From the human T2T-CHM13v2.0 reference genome, Homo sapiens: a DNA stretch of 64,000 nt. Position 1 is the first letter of the stretch. The number at the start of each line of letters is the position of its first letter. The DNA is taken from assembly GCF_009914755.1 (NCBI RefSeq), contig NC_060947.1. The stretch is one strand, 5' to 3'. Below are positions 28,930 to 42,192 of the stretch, piece by piece. The position numbers were made by a program, and so were the translations under genes. The notes beneath the pieces were generated by a model. That model ran no database searches. It saw nothing but the letters and a program-made list of their open reading frames with translations, and had not been told where the DNA came from.

Positions 28930-31900
28930 ACTGTCTGGAAAATTCCTATAGGTGACTATAATGTTTCTGCCATTGATTTTTGCCCATCACACACTAAAAT
29001 TGTCATTCTCTTTCCATGGATTAAGTACTCTGTATATGGTCATACCTACAAGCTTAGGGAAGGATATTAATACAACTTCGGTGGGTGATGTGGGAATCTG
29101 GGCTACTTGCTCATGCATCTTATTTATGCTGATTTTTTTTTTTTTTTTGCTTGATTCTGGATATGCCTTCTCCATCTTAACATGACTTCTCCTGAGCTCA
29201 TCTCCCTTTATGTCTTGGTATGTTCAACACAACCCAACTCATAATGAAAAACTATAAAATTATGGACACTTGGTGCTCCATGCTTAAAACTTCTGTCTAC
29301 CAGGGCCAAGTACCATGTCAAGTGCTATCTTTCAAATGACATGTAAGTATCTGCTGTGGTTGAAATAGCCTGTCTCCAGAGTCCCAGGGGTCTGCTTTGT
29401 GATTCTCACTCTAGTGCTTGCCATTAACTACAGTCTATGTCATTTTTATTGGGTATAAGGCATCATATGTCTAAAGTTGCAAGGACATTTGCACCACAGC
29501 CTGGACCTGCTGTGAAGACTCTTTCTGCATTAGATGCCAGAGAAAGATGGAAGCAATTAGTGTCACCTAGTTTATGGGCTAGGTAGTATTTCATGGAATA
29601 GCAAGTGTAGACTGGAGAACAGAGACCTACTGGATTTTGTGCTTTCTTCTTTTTTTGCAGGAGCTATAAGGTGCAGGTATTTGTACTTTACTATTTTGGG
29701 GGTTGGATATCCACACATGCCCCTGATAATTTGTTTTCTAAAAGCTTCAATTAAATGACAGGTTCTAGCATTTTTATAGAATTTATTTCTCATCTCCTGA
29801 AGAACATGTTGCTTACCAATGCCTTTAGTGGATTAACCACCTCTTGCTCATCCTGCCCAATTATATGTCATTATAATGTGGCAATATAATTTGTGGGATA
29901 TCTGAGTGGCTCTGATCTTTGTGAATATATTATGACAGAGGAAGGAAAACATAGCAAAACTGTAAATAATACTGTTGTCCATCTATATGAATACAAACTG
30001 CTTTTGATCATCTTTGCTGACTGGGATTAAAAATAATGTAGTTGCCATATCAGTGGCAGCGTACCATGTACCCTAATACTTATTAATATCCTGTAGCAAT
30101 GATAACATAATCACCCAAGCAGCTGTAATTGGGGATATTCATTCATTAAATTTATAAAAATCTTCAGTCATTTTCCTGGATCCACCCATTTATTCAGAGG
30201 CCCAAACAGCAAATTAAATGGATATATAATAGGGATCAATATCACTACTTTTTTTTATGTAGGGGGCTTAAAGATGGCAGTAATCTTTGCCATTTTCTTA
30301 GGAGGCAGTTGTCTTTTCTATTTACTAACTTTGACTGTGTGGAGGTGGGCAGATTCAGTGGTTTCCATTTAGCTATCCCTCCTATGATAGTTCTTACACC
30401 ATAGGCCAAGGACTCGGAGTGGGTGTTATCCCAACTACAAGTATACATATTCCAAATATACACTCAAAGACTGCAAAAATGACTACTAGCATTTCCTGTA
30501 GAACCAGTGAGCCCATTATAAGACAGGCTTTAGTCAGGACCCTATTTATTACTTCTTTAGTCAATGGATTATGGATCTGAAAGTTGGCTTAGGTCCCAAA
30601 ACTGAACAAGAACTTATACACTTTTATTGGATCTTCCTTAGTCTCTTGCTCCACCATTGTACCAGTTCTTTGTTGTTGATGCTATTGGGCAACACAATTG
30701 TTTGCTTTATTTTGCCCTTAGAGATGCCTTACATTGGTGCACATCTTTAAAAGTTACTACTGAACATGTCCCTTTCACTATTTCATCAATATTTTGGTCA
30801 TTAAAGTAATTGTTTTCTTGGTTTCCAGCAGTTAATTTATCTAGTAACTATGTTAGTATCCAGTCATTCTAATAGATATCAATAAGCTTAGTTCTGTTCT
30901 CCTGTTGGTAGTCCTATACTGAAAACTTCTTAGTGATGCTGATGTCACTCTCACTAGCACATTGCTTATAGCTTTGGTGAATGTTGTACCTTCTGTACCG
31001 TTCTATGAAAGATAACCCTGTTGTGAGTCTTCCAACCCAGCAAAATATATCCATTCCAATAAGTCTACTTCCATAAACACCATTATTCCTTCCTTTATTG
31101 TTTGCTAGGGCAGCTCAGGCATTTCTACTTTACCTAATTTTGATGATGTCCATTGCTTTTTATAGGCTACTTAGAGTCATATAAGCTGAGAGTTTGCCCC
31201 ATTTACTAGTGTCCTTCCCAGGAGATTAAATCATATAGTCTGAGGAGGTACCTTAAATTCAACGAATTCTTGCTTATCCAGTTTTTAACTTTAAGCACCT
31301 TTAATCAATCACCTTCAAACTTTAATCCCAGTGGTATTTCCCTTGTTCTAAGTAGTAAAATGTTAATTCTTACAGCTTCATCAGTGTACAATCTTTTTTC
31401 CTTCATTATCTAGACGAGTGTTTTTCAACTAGGTTCATTTTTGAATTTAATTATAATTATCAGCCTAGCAGCCAGGAGAGGAGGTGGGGCTGATTTATGA
31501 AGATGTGTACATCTTACCTTGCAAGATTTCAACATCTGTAGAGTCTTCCAGCCTGTGGAAAGTATAAGCTTGCTTCTATGGAATACTATTTTACCTCTGC
31601 AGACTCTTGTTTCAGGGGATTCTGCCATGGTCCCATCTGATGTTCCCATCCTGTTTCAAGGTCCCAAATTTTCTTAAAAACAGAGCATACGCTAGCATCA
31701 AGACTTTATTTGGATAAGGTTTATGTGATTCTGGAGCTCTACAACTCTATCAAATCTTCAGGTTGTTGCTTGATTGTATCTACCCTTTCACTGCCAAAGA
31801 TAAGGACTTCCTTGTCAACTACCAAAGAACCCCTGGGGCTCTCTCACACTTAGTTTTTGTTTTCAATGTTATTTTTATTGACTTTACTTTGTGTTAAGAG

Positions 31901-32050
31901 CTGTCAGCTTTTTATTAGTCCTCTGAAGACCATAAATACAGTTTAACAGCAGTCAATAAATCTCTCTTTCTTTGTATACATTATTTCATCCATATTTTTA
32001 AAACGTAATACTCTTTATATGTGCGATCACTGTCCTTTACCAGTAGGTTT
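28930..32050 (-). mobile_element. Decayed ERVL-class internal region (gag, protease, RT, RNase H connection)
   Basis: The minus strand resembles HERV-L pol: GVRTIIGGIAKWKPLNLP (30245-30463) and KYLHLIAPAKKEE (29572-29793). Many stops and frameshifts. Confidence 0.75.
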
Positions 32051-32087
32051 TCCAGGACACCTTCAATTAGTGATTATAACACCACCA

Positions 32088-32203
32088 TAGTGATAGGCCG
32101 CCTCTAAGATGGCCTCTCAATGATCTCCTCTTCCTGTTATTTATGACCTTGTGTAATCCACTTTCCTTGAATAACTTGTTTCTAAACAATAAAATACACA
32201 AAG
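32088..32203 (+). mobile_element. MLT1E/F-like LTR 5' fragment
   Basis: taggccgcctctaagatggcctctcaatgatctcctcttcctg...ccttgtgtaatcc. Confidence 0.7.
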
Positions 32204-32204
32204 T

Positions 32205-33420
32205 ATTGCAACTTTTCTGGTGCTGTCGCTGAGTCTTAAAAAGATCATTATTTCACTCCATAAATCCAGATACTTGAGTATAAAAAGGAATATGTAAGGT
32301 CAGTGAATTTCATGAGCATGGGTCCATTGCTTCACTTCATTTGTGGTCACGTGAGTTCATTGATCAGAAGCAATGTTGTGTGGAATATCATGATGGTGAA
32401 TAAAGTATTCGATAAGCTCATGGATGGTAGGTTTGGGAAAAGAATTGTGTGCAGGGAAGGGAATTCTGTATTCCAACTCTCTACTCCAGTAAGAACAAAA
32501 TATTTCATCTTCCATGGTGAGAGCAGCCCAAAGTAATCAACCTGCCACCTGGTAGTTTGCTGATTACTCTGATGCATGGTGCCATATAAGGCACACAAAG
32601 TTGATCTCTTCTGCTGACATATGGACACTCAGTAGTGACTGTAATCAGGTTATCTTTGGTGAGTGGAAGTCTGTTGCTGAGCCCATGCATAGCCTCCAAT
32701 TTTTTCACCATGGTCAGTTTAGTTATAAGCCCACTGGCAATGGCAGAAATAGTTGTGGTAGGAGGCTGACAGTTATTTGAATAATGAGTCATCATATTCA
32801 CTTGATTATTGAAATTCTCGTAAATGTCACTGTTTGGTAAGCATTCACATGACATACAAATATCTTCACATTTTTCCCCCATTCAGAGAGGTTCATCCAC
32901 ATACATTGTCCCAGGGATTCCTTGTAAACAACTTTCTAGTCATGTTCCTCCTAAAACCTGGACAATCCTGACAAACCACTTACCAAATTCCATGAATCAA
33001 TATATAATCACACATCTGGCCATTTCTCCTACTAACCAAAGTAAACAACCAACTATGTAGGTGCACTGTATGGAGTTATGCCTTCTGCAAAGATTTTCAT
33101 TCATGACAGTACTTCAGAGATGTTCTAGGAAAAGGCTATAATGCTGCAATTGTCTACCTTTTGGTAGTACCCACAAGTCATAGAGAACTATTTGTAAACC
33201 AGGCCCAAGTTTTCTCTTCCTTGGTAAACTTCTTGTAGGGAACTTCCTAAGAGGCCATAGAATTGGGCTGGGAAGAAAATGATAGTATATTAATAGTAGG
33301 GAGCATGAATATTTGGACCTTTACCTTGTGTTACTTGCTTGTGCCCTTAGGGCCTGCTCAAGCCCGATCTCATAAATATTACTTCCATTTGATAATGCAG
33401 GGCTGTTGTTCATGTGCACG
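32205..33420 (-). mobile_element. Second ERVL pol fragment (RNase H and integrase)
   Basis: Minus-strand peptides LPLTKDNLITVTTECP and TTRWQVDYFGLL...YFVLTGV match the HERV-L integrase zinc-finger and WQVDY region. Confidence 0.82.
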
Positions 33421-33885
33421 TATATTAGTCAGTTCTTGCATTGCTATAAAGAAATACCTGAGACTCAGTAATTTATAAAGAAAAGAGGTTTAACTGGCTC
33501 ACAGTTGTATAGGAAGTACAGGGAACATAGTGGCTTCTGCTTTTGGAGAGGCCTCAGGAAGCTTCCCATCATGGCAGATGGCAAAAGGGGAATGAGACAT
33601 GTCACATGGTGGAAGCAGGAGCAGGAGATGGTGGGGGTGGGGGGGGCAGAGGTGTTACACACTTTTAAACCAGATCTTGCAAGAACTCACTATCATGAGA
33701 ATAGTGTCAAGGAATGCTAAACCATTCCTGAGAAATCACCCCCATGATACAATCACTTCCCACCAGGCCCTACCTCCAACATTAGGGATTACTATTTGTG
33801 TGGGGACACATAACCAAACCATATCATTCCTCTCCTTGCCTCTCCCAAATCTCATGTCTTTCTCATATTGCAAAATATAATCATG

Positions 33886-34100
33886 TGGACACAGGAAGGG
33901 GAATATCACACTCTGGGGACTGTTGTGGGGTGGGGGGATGGGGGAGGGATAGCATCGGGAGATATACCTAATGCTAGATGACGAGTTAGTGGGTTCAGCG
34001 CACCAGCATGGCACATGTATACATATGTAACTAACCTGCACAATGTGCACATGTACCCTAAAACTTAAAGTATAATAAAAAAAAAGAAAAAAAATATATA
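33886..34100 (+). mobile_element. Young 5'-truncated L1PA2-like 3' end inside MST-int
   Basis: gggaatatcacactctgggg...gatgacGAGttagtggg...cacaatgtgcacatgtaccctaaaacttaaagtataat plus poly(A). TSD tataatcatg at 33876-33885 and 34101-34110. Confidence 0.93.
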
Positions 34101-34462
34101 TATAATCATGCCTTCCCAATAATCCCCAAAGTCTGAAATAATTCCAGCATTAACTCAAAATTCCAAAGTCTTATCTGAGGCAAGGATAGTCTCTTCCACC
34201 TATAAGCCTGCAAAATAAAAAACAAGTCAGTTATACCCAAGACACAGTGTGAACACAGGCATTTGGTAAACATTTCTGTTCTGAAAGGGAGAAATCAGCC
34301 AAATGAAAGGAGCTGTAGGCCCATGCAAGTTTGAAACCAAGCAGGACAGTCATTAAATCTTAAAGCTCCAAAATAATATTTTTTGACACCATGTCCCAAA
34401 TCCACGGAAAACTGGTAGAAGTAGTGGGCTCCCAAAACCTTGAGCAGCTCTGTCCCTGTGGC

Positions 34463-34578
34463 TTTGCAGAGCTCAGCCCATATGGCTGCTCTCACAGGTT
34501 GTTGTTGAGTACTTGCAACATTTGCAGAGCTCAGCCCATATGGCTGCTCTCACAGGTTGTTGTTGAGTACTTGCAACA
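34463..34578. repeat. Perfect 58-bp tandem duplication
   Basis: tttgcagagctcagcccatatggctgctctcacaggttgttgttgagtacttgcaaca, two copies. Confidence 0.97.
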
Positions 34579-36159
34579 TTTACAGGCACAGAGGGAAAGC
34601 TGTCAGTGGATATACCATTTTGGGATCTGGAAGACAGTGGCCCTCTTCTCACAGCTCCACTAGGCAGTGCCCCAGTGGGGTCTCTGTGTGGGGGCTCCAA
34701 CCCCAAATTTTGCCTCCACACTGCCCTAGTAGAGGTTCTCCATGACAGCTATGCCCCTTCAGCAGGCTTCTGCCTGGACACCCAGGCTTCTCAATATATT
34801 CTCTCAAATCTAGGTGGAGGCTTACAAGCCTCAATTCTTGCACTCTAGGCACCTGTAAGGTTAACACCATGTGAAAGCCACCAAGGATTATGGCTTGTAC
34901 CATCTGAAGCAGTTGTCTGAGCTGTGCCTGGGCCCCTCTGAGCTGTGGCTGGAGCTGGAGCAGCTGGATGCAGGGAACATTGTCCAAAGGCTGTGCAGAG
35001 TAGCAAGACCCTGAGCCTGGCCCAGGAAACATTTCAGTCCTCCTTGGCTTCCAGGCCTGTGATGGGAGGGGCTGCCAGGATGGTCTCTGAAATGCCTTTG
35101 AGGCCTATTCCCCATTGTCTTAGCTATTAGCACTTGAATTCTTCTTACTTATGTAAATTACTGCAGCCTGCTTGAATTCCTCCCATGAAAATAGGCTTTT
35201 CTTTTCTACCACATGACTGGGCTGCAAATTTTTCAAACTTTTACACTCTGCTTCTCCTTTAAATAGAAATTCCAACTATAGGTCATTTCTTTGCTCACAT
35301 ATATCAGATAGTTGGTTAGAAGCAGCCAGATCATATCATGAAGAGTTTAATGCTTAGAGATTTCTTCTGCCACATACCCTAAATTATCACTCTCAATTTT
35401 AATGTTCCACAGATCCCTAGAGCAGGGGCACAATGAAACCAAGTTTTTTTCTAAGGCATAACAAAAGTGACCTCTGCTTCAATTCCCAATAAGTTCCTCA
35501 TTTCCATTTAAGACCTAGTCAACCTGGACTTCACTTTCCAAGTCACTATTAGTATTTTGGTCAAAACCATTAAACCAGTCTCTAAGAAGTTCCAAACTTT
35601 CCCTCATCTTCTTGTCTTCTTCTGAGCCCTCCAAACTCTTTGCCCAATTCCAAAAGTTTCTTTCACATCTTCAGGTATCTTCACAGCAATGCCCCACTTC
35701 TCAGCACCAATTTTCTGAAGTAGTCCATTCTTTCATTGCTATAAATAAATGCCTGAGACTGGGTAATTTAGAAAGAAAAGAGGTTTAATTGGATCGTGAT
35801 TCTGTAGGCTGCACAGGAAGCATAGTGGTTTCTTCTTCTGGGGAGACCTCAGGAAGCTTCCAATTATGGTGGAATGCAAAGAGAGAATGAGGCACCTTTC
35901 ATGGGAGGATCAGGAGCAAGAGAGTAAGAATTGGGGATGGGGGGCACTACACACTTTTAAACAACCAGATCTCAAGAGAATTTACTATCAGGAGGACAGC
36001 ATCAAGGGGATGTTGTTAAACCATCCCTGAGAAACCACCCCCATGATTCAATCACCTCCCATCAGGCCCCACTTCCAACATTGGGGATTACAACAGAACA
36101 TGAGATTTGGGTGGGGACACATATCTGAACCATATCAGCATGCATACTATTCTGTCTTG

Positions 36160-36590
36160 AAAAATAAATTCCGTCATTTGTGACATGAGTGAAGCTGGAG
36201 GACGTTATGTTAAGTGGAATAAGCCAGGTACGGAAAGACAAATATCACATAATCTCCCTGAAGTGTGCAATCTGAAATAATTGGTCTCATAGAAATAGAG
36301 AGTAGAAGAGTGTTTACCAGGAGCTGGAGGGGATGTTGGGAAGGTGTTTGTCAAAGGATACAAAATTTCAGTTAGATAGTAGGAATAAATAAAGAGATCA
36401 ATTGCACAGCATTGTGACTATTGTTGATAACAACATATTGGATTCTTAAAAATTGCTAATAAAATAGATTTTAAGTCTTTTCACCACAAAAATGATAAGT
36501 ATGTGACATAATGTATATGTTAATTAGCTCAAGTTGGCATTTGACAATGCACACATGTTTCCAAACATCATGTTGTATACACATAAGTTC
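36160..36590 (+). mobile_element. L1MA (about MA5-7) 3' UTR fragment
   Basis: gaagctggaggacgttatgttaagtggaataagccagg...tcaaaggatacaaaatttcagttagatag. Confidence 0.8.
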
Positions 36591-36638
36591 AATGATTAGG
36601 AAGGATATGAAGCAAGATAAGCTTTTATAAACAGCTGA

Positions 36639-37400
<762 letters not shown>

Positions 37401-38265
37401 AAAAGTAAAATGCTCAAAGTATGTTTCATTTATTTTCTCAATTTTTTTCCAAATAATTTGTGAAGATTTTTTATTTTTTTTTTCTCCAGGAAGTATGAAT
37501 TATCATTCCACCCCTGGTATACAAAGTTTAAGAAATGTGTTCACTACCATAGAGTTAATGAGTGACAGTCATCTCACCTAGGTTTGTTTATTTTCTTCTT
37601 TACTTTTGTTCCTTCTTATTTTAAATAGGTTCTCAGCCTGTGGTTTTCAATGAGTTTCTCATTGTACTTGAGGTACTTAAAATATGTATGGTTAAATATT
37701 AATTAATTCATGTGAATTTTATTTGTGCTTTATAACTTAGTATTTAGGTACAAGTGTTACAAAAAGCTTTCAGCTAAGTAAAACCAGGGGTCACAGTTTG
37801 AATTAGAGTCATCATCAAATTAAATTATCTTATTTTTAGGTAAGTGCAAGAGCTTGCCCTCATTCATGTATAAGAATGCATCTTTATGGAATTGAGAAAT
37901 TCTACACAAAAAAATACCTGCTGATAGGTAAATAATGAATAGCACAGTAATTGTACTTGCCATTATGAATACTAAAATATTGTATTCATGTATTATCATT
38001 ACTTTGCAATTATTTTTCCTTAACTTGACTAATGTTATTTTGAGTCTTCAGTTTATTTTGAGGCTTTAATTTTTTGAGTGTGTGAACAAATTTGGTTTTG
38101 TGAAAAGGTTTTATTAATAAAAAGTTTGAACATAATTAATCTAATCATCAGTTGACTTAAAGCCTGAAACTTTAATTCATAAAGGACTAGATTTCATCAA
38201 AATAATCTATACATAGATATTTATTATAATAAATATTTTACCAATAAAAATATCTAAAGTTGAGA

Positions 38266-40534
38266 TATTATTAACTGACTTGTGTCCCCTTCCTTGAGAA
38301 AAAATTAATTAGTTGAAGCCCTAAGACTTAGTGTGACTGTATTTCAAGATAGAGTTTTTAAGGGGGTAATTAAGGTTAAATGAAGTACAAAGTGTGGGGC
38401 CCTGATCCAATAGGACTCATGGTTTTATAAGAAGAGGAAAAGGCACCAGGAGTATGTGCCTAGAAAGAAGGCCATGTGAGAACACAACAAGAAAGTGGCC
38501 ATCTTCAAACCAAGGAGAGAGGCCTCAAGAGAAATCAATCTATTGACACCTTAATCTTGGAATTCCTATCTCCAAACTATAAAAAAAGAAATATTTAAGC
38601 CATTTAGTCTATGTTATTTTGTCATGACAGCCCTAGCAAAGTAAAGTAGTCTAACCTTATATGTAGTTTTGCTTTCTGCAGTTTCAGTTATTTGCAGTCA
38701 ATTGAAAACATTAAATGTAAAATTTCAGATATAAACAATTTATAAATATTAACTTGCATGCCATTCTGAGGTTCATGCTAAAATCTCTCACCTTCCTACT
38801 CCATCCTGCCTTGGACATCAATAAATCCTTTGTCCAGCATAGCCATGCTGTATATGCTGCTTGCTTTTTAGTCACTTAGTAACCACCTTGGTCATCAGAT
38901 TTAAAAAAAAACAAAACCTTAATATGTATAGTTTTCAGTACTATCCATGATTTCATACGTACACTGGGGTGCCTTGAATAAGAAAGACTACTATAATATA
39001 GATTTTGATACCAAGAACTGGGATACTACTGTAACAAATACTTAATAATATGAATGTGGCTTTGGAATTGAGTCATTAATTGAGGCTGAAAAAGTTTTGA
39101 GGTGCATGTTACAAAGGCCTCTACTACCTTAATAAGACTGTTTCTAGGAATATAAATATTAAAGGTGATTCTGGTGAGGTCTCAGAACAAAATGGAGAAC
39201 ATGTTATTGGAAACCAAATAAAAGACAATTATTGTTGTAAGGTGGGCAAAGAACTTGGCTGAACACTAGAACTTGTTCTAGTGTTTTGTAGAAGGTAGAA
39301 GTAGAAAGCGATGAACTTCGATATTTAGTTGAGGGGATTTTCAAGCAAAGTGTTAAAGACACAGCCTGTTTTTTCTTTATTTCTTAAAATAAAATGTGAG
39401 AAGAGAGAGATAAGTTGAAGGAATTGCTGAGCAATGAGAAGTCAGGGATTAAAGATTTGAAAAATTCACAACCTATCCATATTGCAAAAATTGAGCAAAT
39501 TTGTACTGAACAGAACACCAAGGACAAAGGATGTGGTTGGAAAATTATTTGCTAAAAAGACTATGTCTGTGATGCATAGATTTAATGAGCATATCAGCAG
39601 AAGCCAAGCCAGGAAGAGCAATGAGAATATACTAGCAGAGACACTGTTAGATCAGACTGTGGAAAGAAATAAGATAAAATTAAGAAAGGCTGTTGAACCT
39701 TGGGGATTATAAAAATAGGACAAATGAACTAGTTGGCTTTGAACACTTACTATCCTTCAAGGAAAAGGAAGAATGACCATGAGCTTTATTTTTGTGTCTT
39801 AAATTGTGGTAGAATTTTCCTTGCTATGTGTTGGACTTCCTTGGGACACCTTTCTTATTTCTGATTCCTCCCTTTTGTAATGTGAATATCTATCTTATGA
39901 CCATTCTACTATTGTATTTTGGAAGCAGATAAGTTTTCCAGTTTTAAAAGTTCATATATAAAGAATAATCTTGACTCTGGATAAATCCTACATCTAGACT
40001 CACCCATAGCTGGTTTGGATGATATTTACATAAAGCTTTGAACTTAGAGTTGATGATACAATGAATTAACACTTTTAGGGATGTTGGGATAGAGTGAATA
40101 TATTTCGCGTATGAGAGGAACATTAATTCAAGGAGAAGGATAGAATGGAGAGTTTTATGGGCTTAATTTTGTCTTGCCTCCCCAAGTTAATATGTTGAAC
40201 ATGTAACCCCCAATGTGACTGTGACGATAAGACCTTTAAGGAAGTAATTGAGGCTACACAAAGTTGTAAGGGCAGGGGCTCTAATCCAGTAGAACTTGTG
40301 TTCTTATAAGAAGAAGAGATACCAGGAGTGTGCATGCACAGATAGAAAACCACGTGAGGGCACAGGAAGAGAGTGGTCATCTTCAAGACCATAAAGAGGC
40401 CTCAGGAGAAACCAAACCTACCAAGACCCTGGTCTTTGACTTCCAGCCTCTAGAAATGTTAGAAAATACAATGCTATTGTTTAAGCCACCTAGTATGTGG
40501 TATTTTGTTATGGCAGCTACAGCAGACCAATACA
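38266..40534 (+). mobile_element. Full-length MLT1A-type MaLR: LTR ~38266-39000 (interrupted by MER44A), internal ~39000-40150, LTR ~40153-40534
   Basis: Two homologous LTRs (taattaaggttaaatga...ttataagaagagg...gtggtattttgttatggcagc), internal region starting gattttgatacc, flanks tgaga/agaga. Confidence 0.87.
38644..38992 (+). mobile_element. MER44A (Tigger7-derived) DNA transposon
   Basis: Terminal inverted repeats agtagtc...cttat / ataag...gactact. Internal atcctttgtccagcat...ttagtcacttagta. Confidence 0.85.
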
Positions 40535-41640
40535 AGAGATGAATCTGTGATACATGATGCAACTATTCCTCATTTCTACATTATCCTTTCAGGGCTTATT
40601 TCAGGGGTCATGGCTTTTACTTTTATTTCGAAATATACCATGTCTTTGCAAATAGATGTCAGCCTGAGTAATTATGCAAATAGTATAATAATATTTCTTC
40701 TGTAATTTTTACTTCTCCAAACATTGAGTTGGGCTTATGTGTCCTGGTGTGAAGGCATTGCATTTCAGATTCCAGGGAAAATGTACTAATAAGATAATTC
40801 AATTTTTACAAATAATCTTCAGGGAGTCATGGAGAATAATCCCTTTTTTTCCCAAAATATCAAGAAGGTAGAACTTGGACATGGTTCCAGAATAATCATG
40901 GGCAGTGTGGTTTAGAAGAAATTTATTGGCATGGATTATTAGAAGCCAGTGTTTATTACCTAAGAAAAAGTAAAGCTACACCGATTTAATTTACTTTTTT
41001 ATGTAGCAGGATAGACAAAAAATCAAAACAAAGTCAAAATAATCATGATGTTTTTGAAAGACAGAAGAAAATAGTTGTTTAATAGTTAAGTGGTCTCCTA
41101 AATAAATTATATGCACTCTAGTGAGAACTTAAGACAATTAATTGGGGTAACAGAAGCAGTCTTTTAATTTATTTTTTAATCTTTTTTACAGTTTAAGTTT
41201 TTGTAAAATTTTATGCTACATACGTTCATTTAGTAGTATAAGTATACAATATTAAACAAAAAGGAATTGAATTTTTTGCTCAGTTTTAGTTTGCTGATAG
41301 GTAGTGCAAGCAGTTATTTCAAAGATTACTGATCTAGATAACTGCTTTTACCAGAGAAAAGCCTAAAGTATACTGATCAATGGTTTAAACATGAAAGGGG
41401 AATTTCTGGTTTTAGTCTGTAAAGTTCTGTGTTAAATTTTTTTGTGTGAAATATTATATAAATGACATTGTGAGGGATGTTTATGTAGAGAGATAATGCT
41501 TAAATGAGAGCAATAGCTAATTTGCTGAATATTTGAGTGAGGATCCGAAGTAATGTCAACATCTTGAAACAGTAGGCTTAATCTAATAAGCTAAATGTAG
41601 TTATTCATATAAAGACCTCCACATTAAAAATAATGAGATT

Positions 41641-41905
41641 AATGTCTGTAATCCCAACACTTTTGGAGGCCGAGGCAGGTGAATCGTTTGAGCCCAGGCA
41701 TTTGAGGCCAGCCTGGGCAACATGGTGACACTCTTATCTCTGTACAAAATACAAAAACTAGCTGGGAATCATGGTGCATTCCTGTAGTCTCAGCTACTCA
41801 CGGGGCTGAGGTGGGAGGATCACTTGAGTTCAGGGATGTCAAGGATCCAGTGATCTATGATTGCACCATTGTACTCCAGCCTGGGTGGCAGAGTGAGAGC
41901 CTTAA
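41641..41905 (+). mobile_element. AluJ
   Basis: J-type diagnostics ttgagcccagg, cctgggcaacatgg and gtgggaggatcacttgag. Confidence 0.9.
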
Positions 41906-42112
41906 AGAAAAAAAGAAGAAAGAAAGGCAAAGAAAGACAAAGAAAGACAGAAAGGAAGGAAGGAAGGAAGGGAGGGAGGGAGGGAGGGAGGGAGGGAGGG
42001 AGGGAAAGAAAAAGAAAGAAAGAAAAGAAAGAAAGAAAGAAAGAGGAAGAGGAAGAAAAAGAAGAAAGAGAAAAGAAAGAAAGAAGAAAAGGAAGAGGAA
42101 GAAGAAGAAAAA

Positions 42113-42181
<69 letters not shown>

Positions 42182-42192
42182 AGAGAAAGGAG
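41905..42192 (+). repeat. Polypurine tract (GGAA/GGGA/GAA/GAAA) derived from the Alu tail
   Basis: No pyrimidine between 41949 and 42192. Confidence 0.97.

Larger units (their letters stand above)
33421..36137 (-). mobile_element. Full-length MSTA MaLR element: LTR 33421-33826, internal region, LTR 35716-36137
   Basis: Two homologous LTRs ending ccatatca, MST-int sequence between them, and a 5-bp TSD gcacg (33416-33420) / gcatg (36138-36142). Confidence 0.92.
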
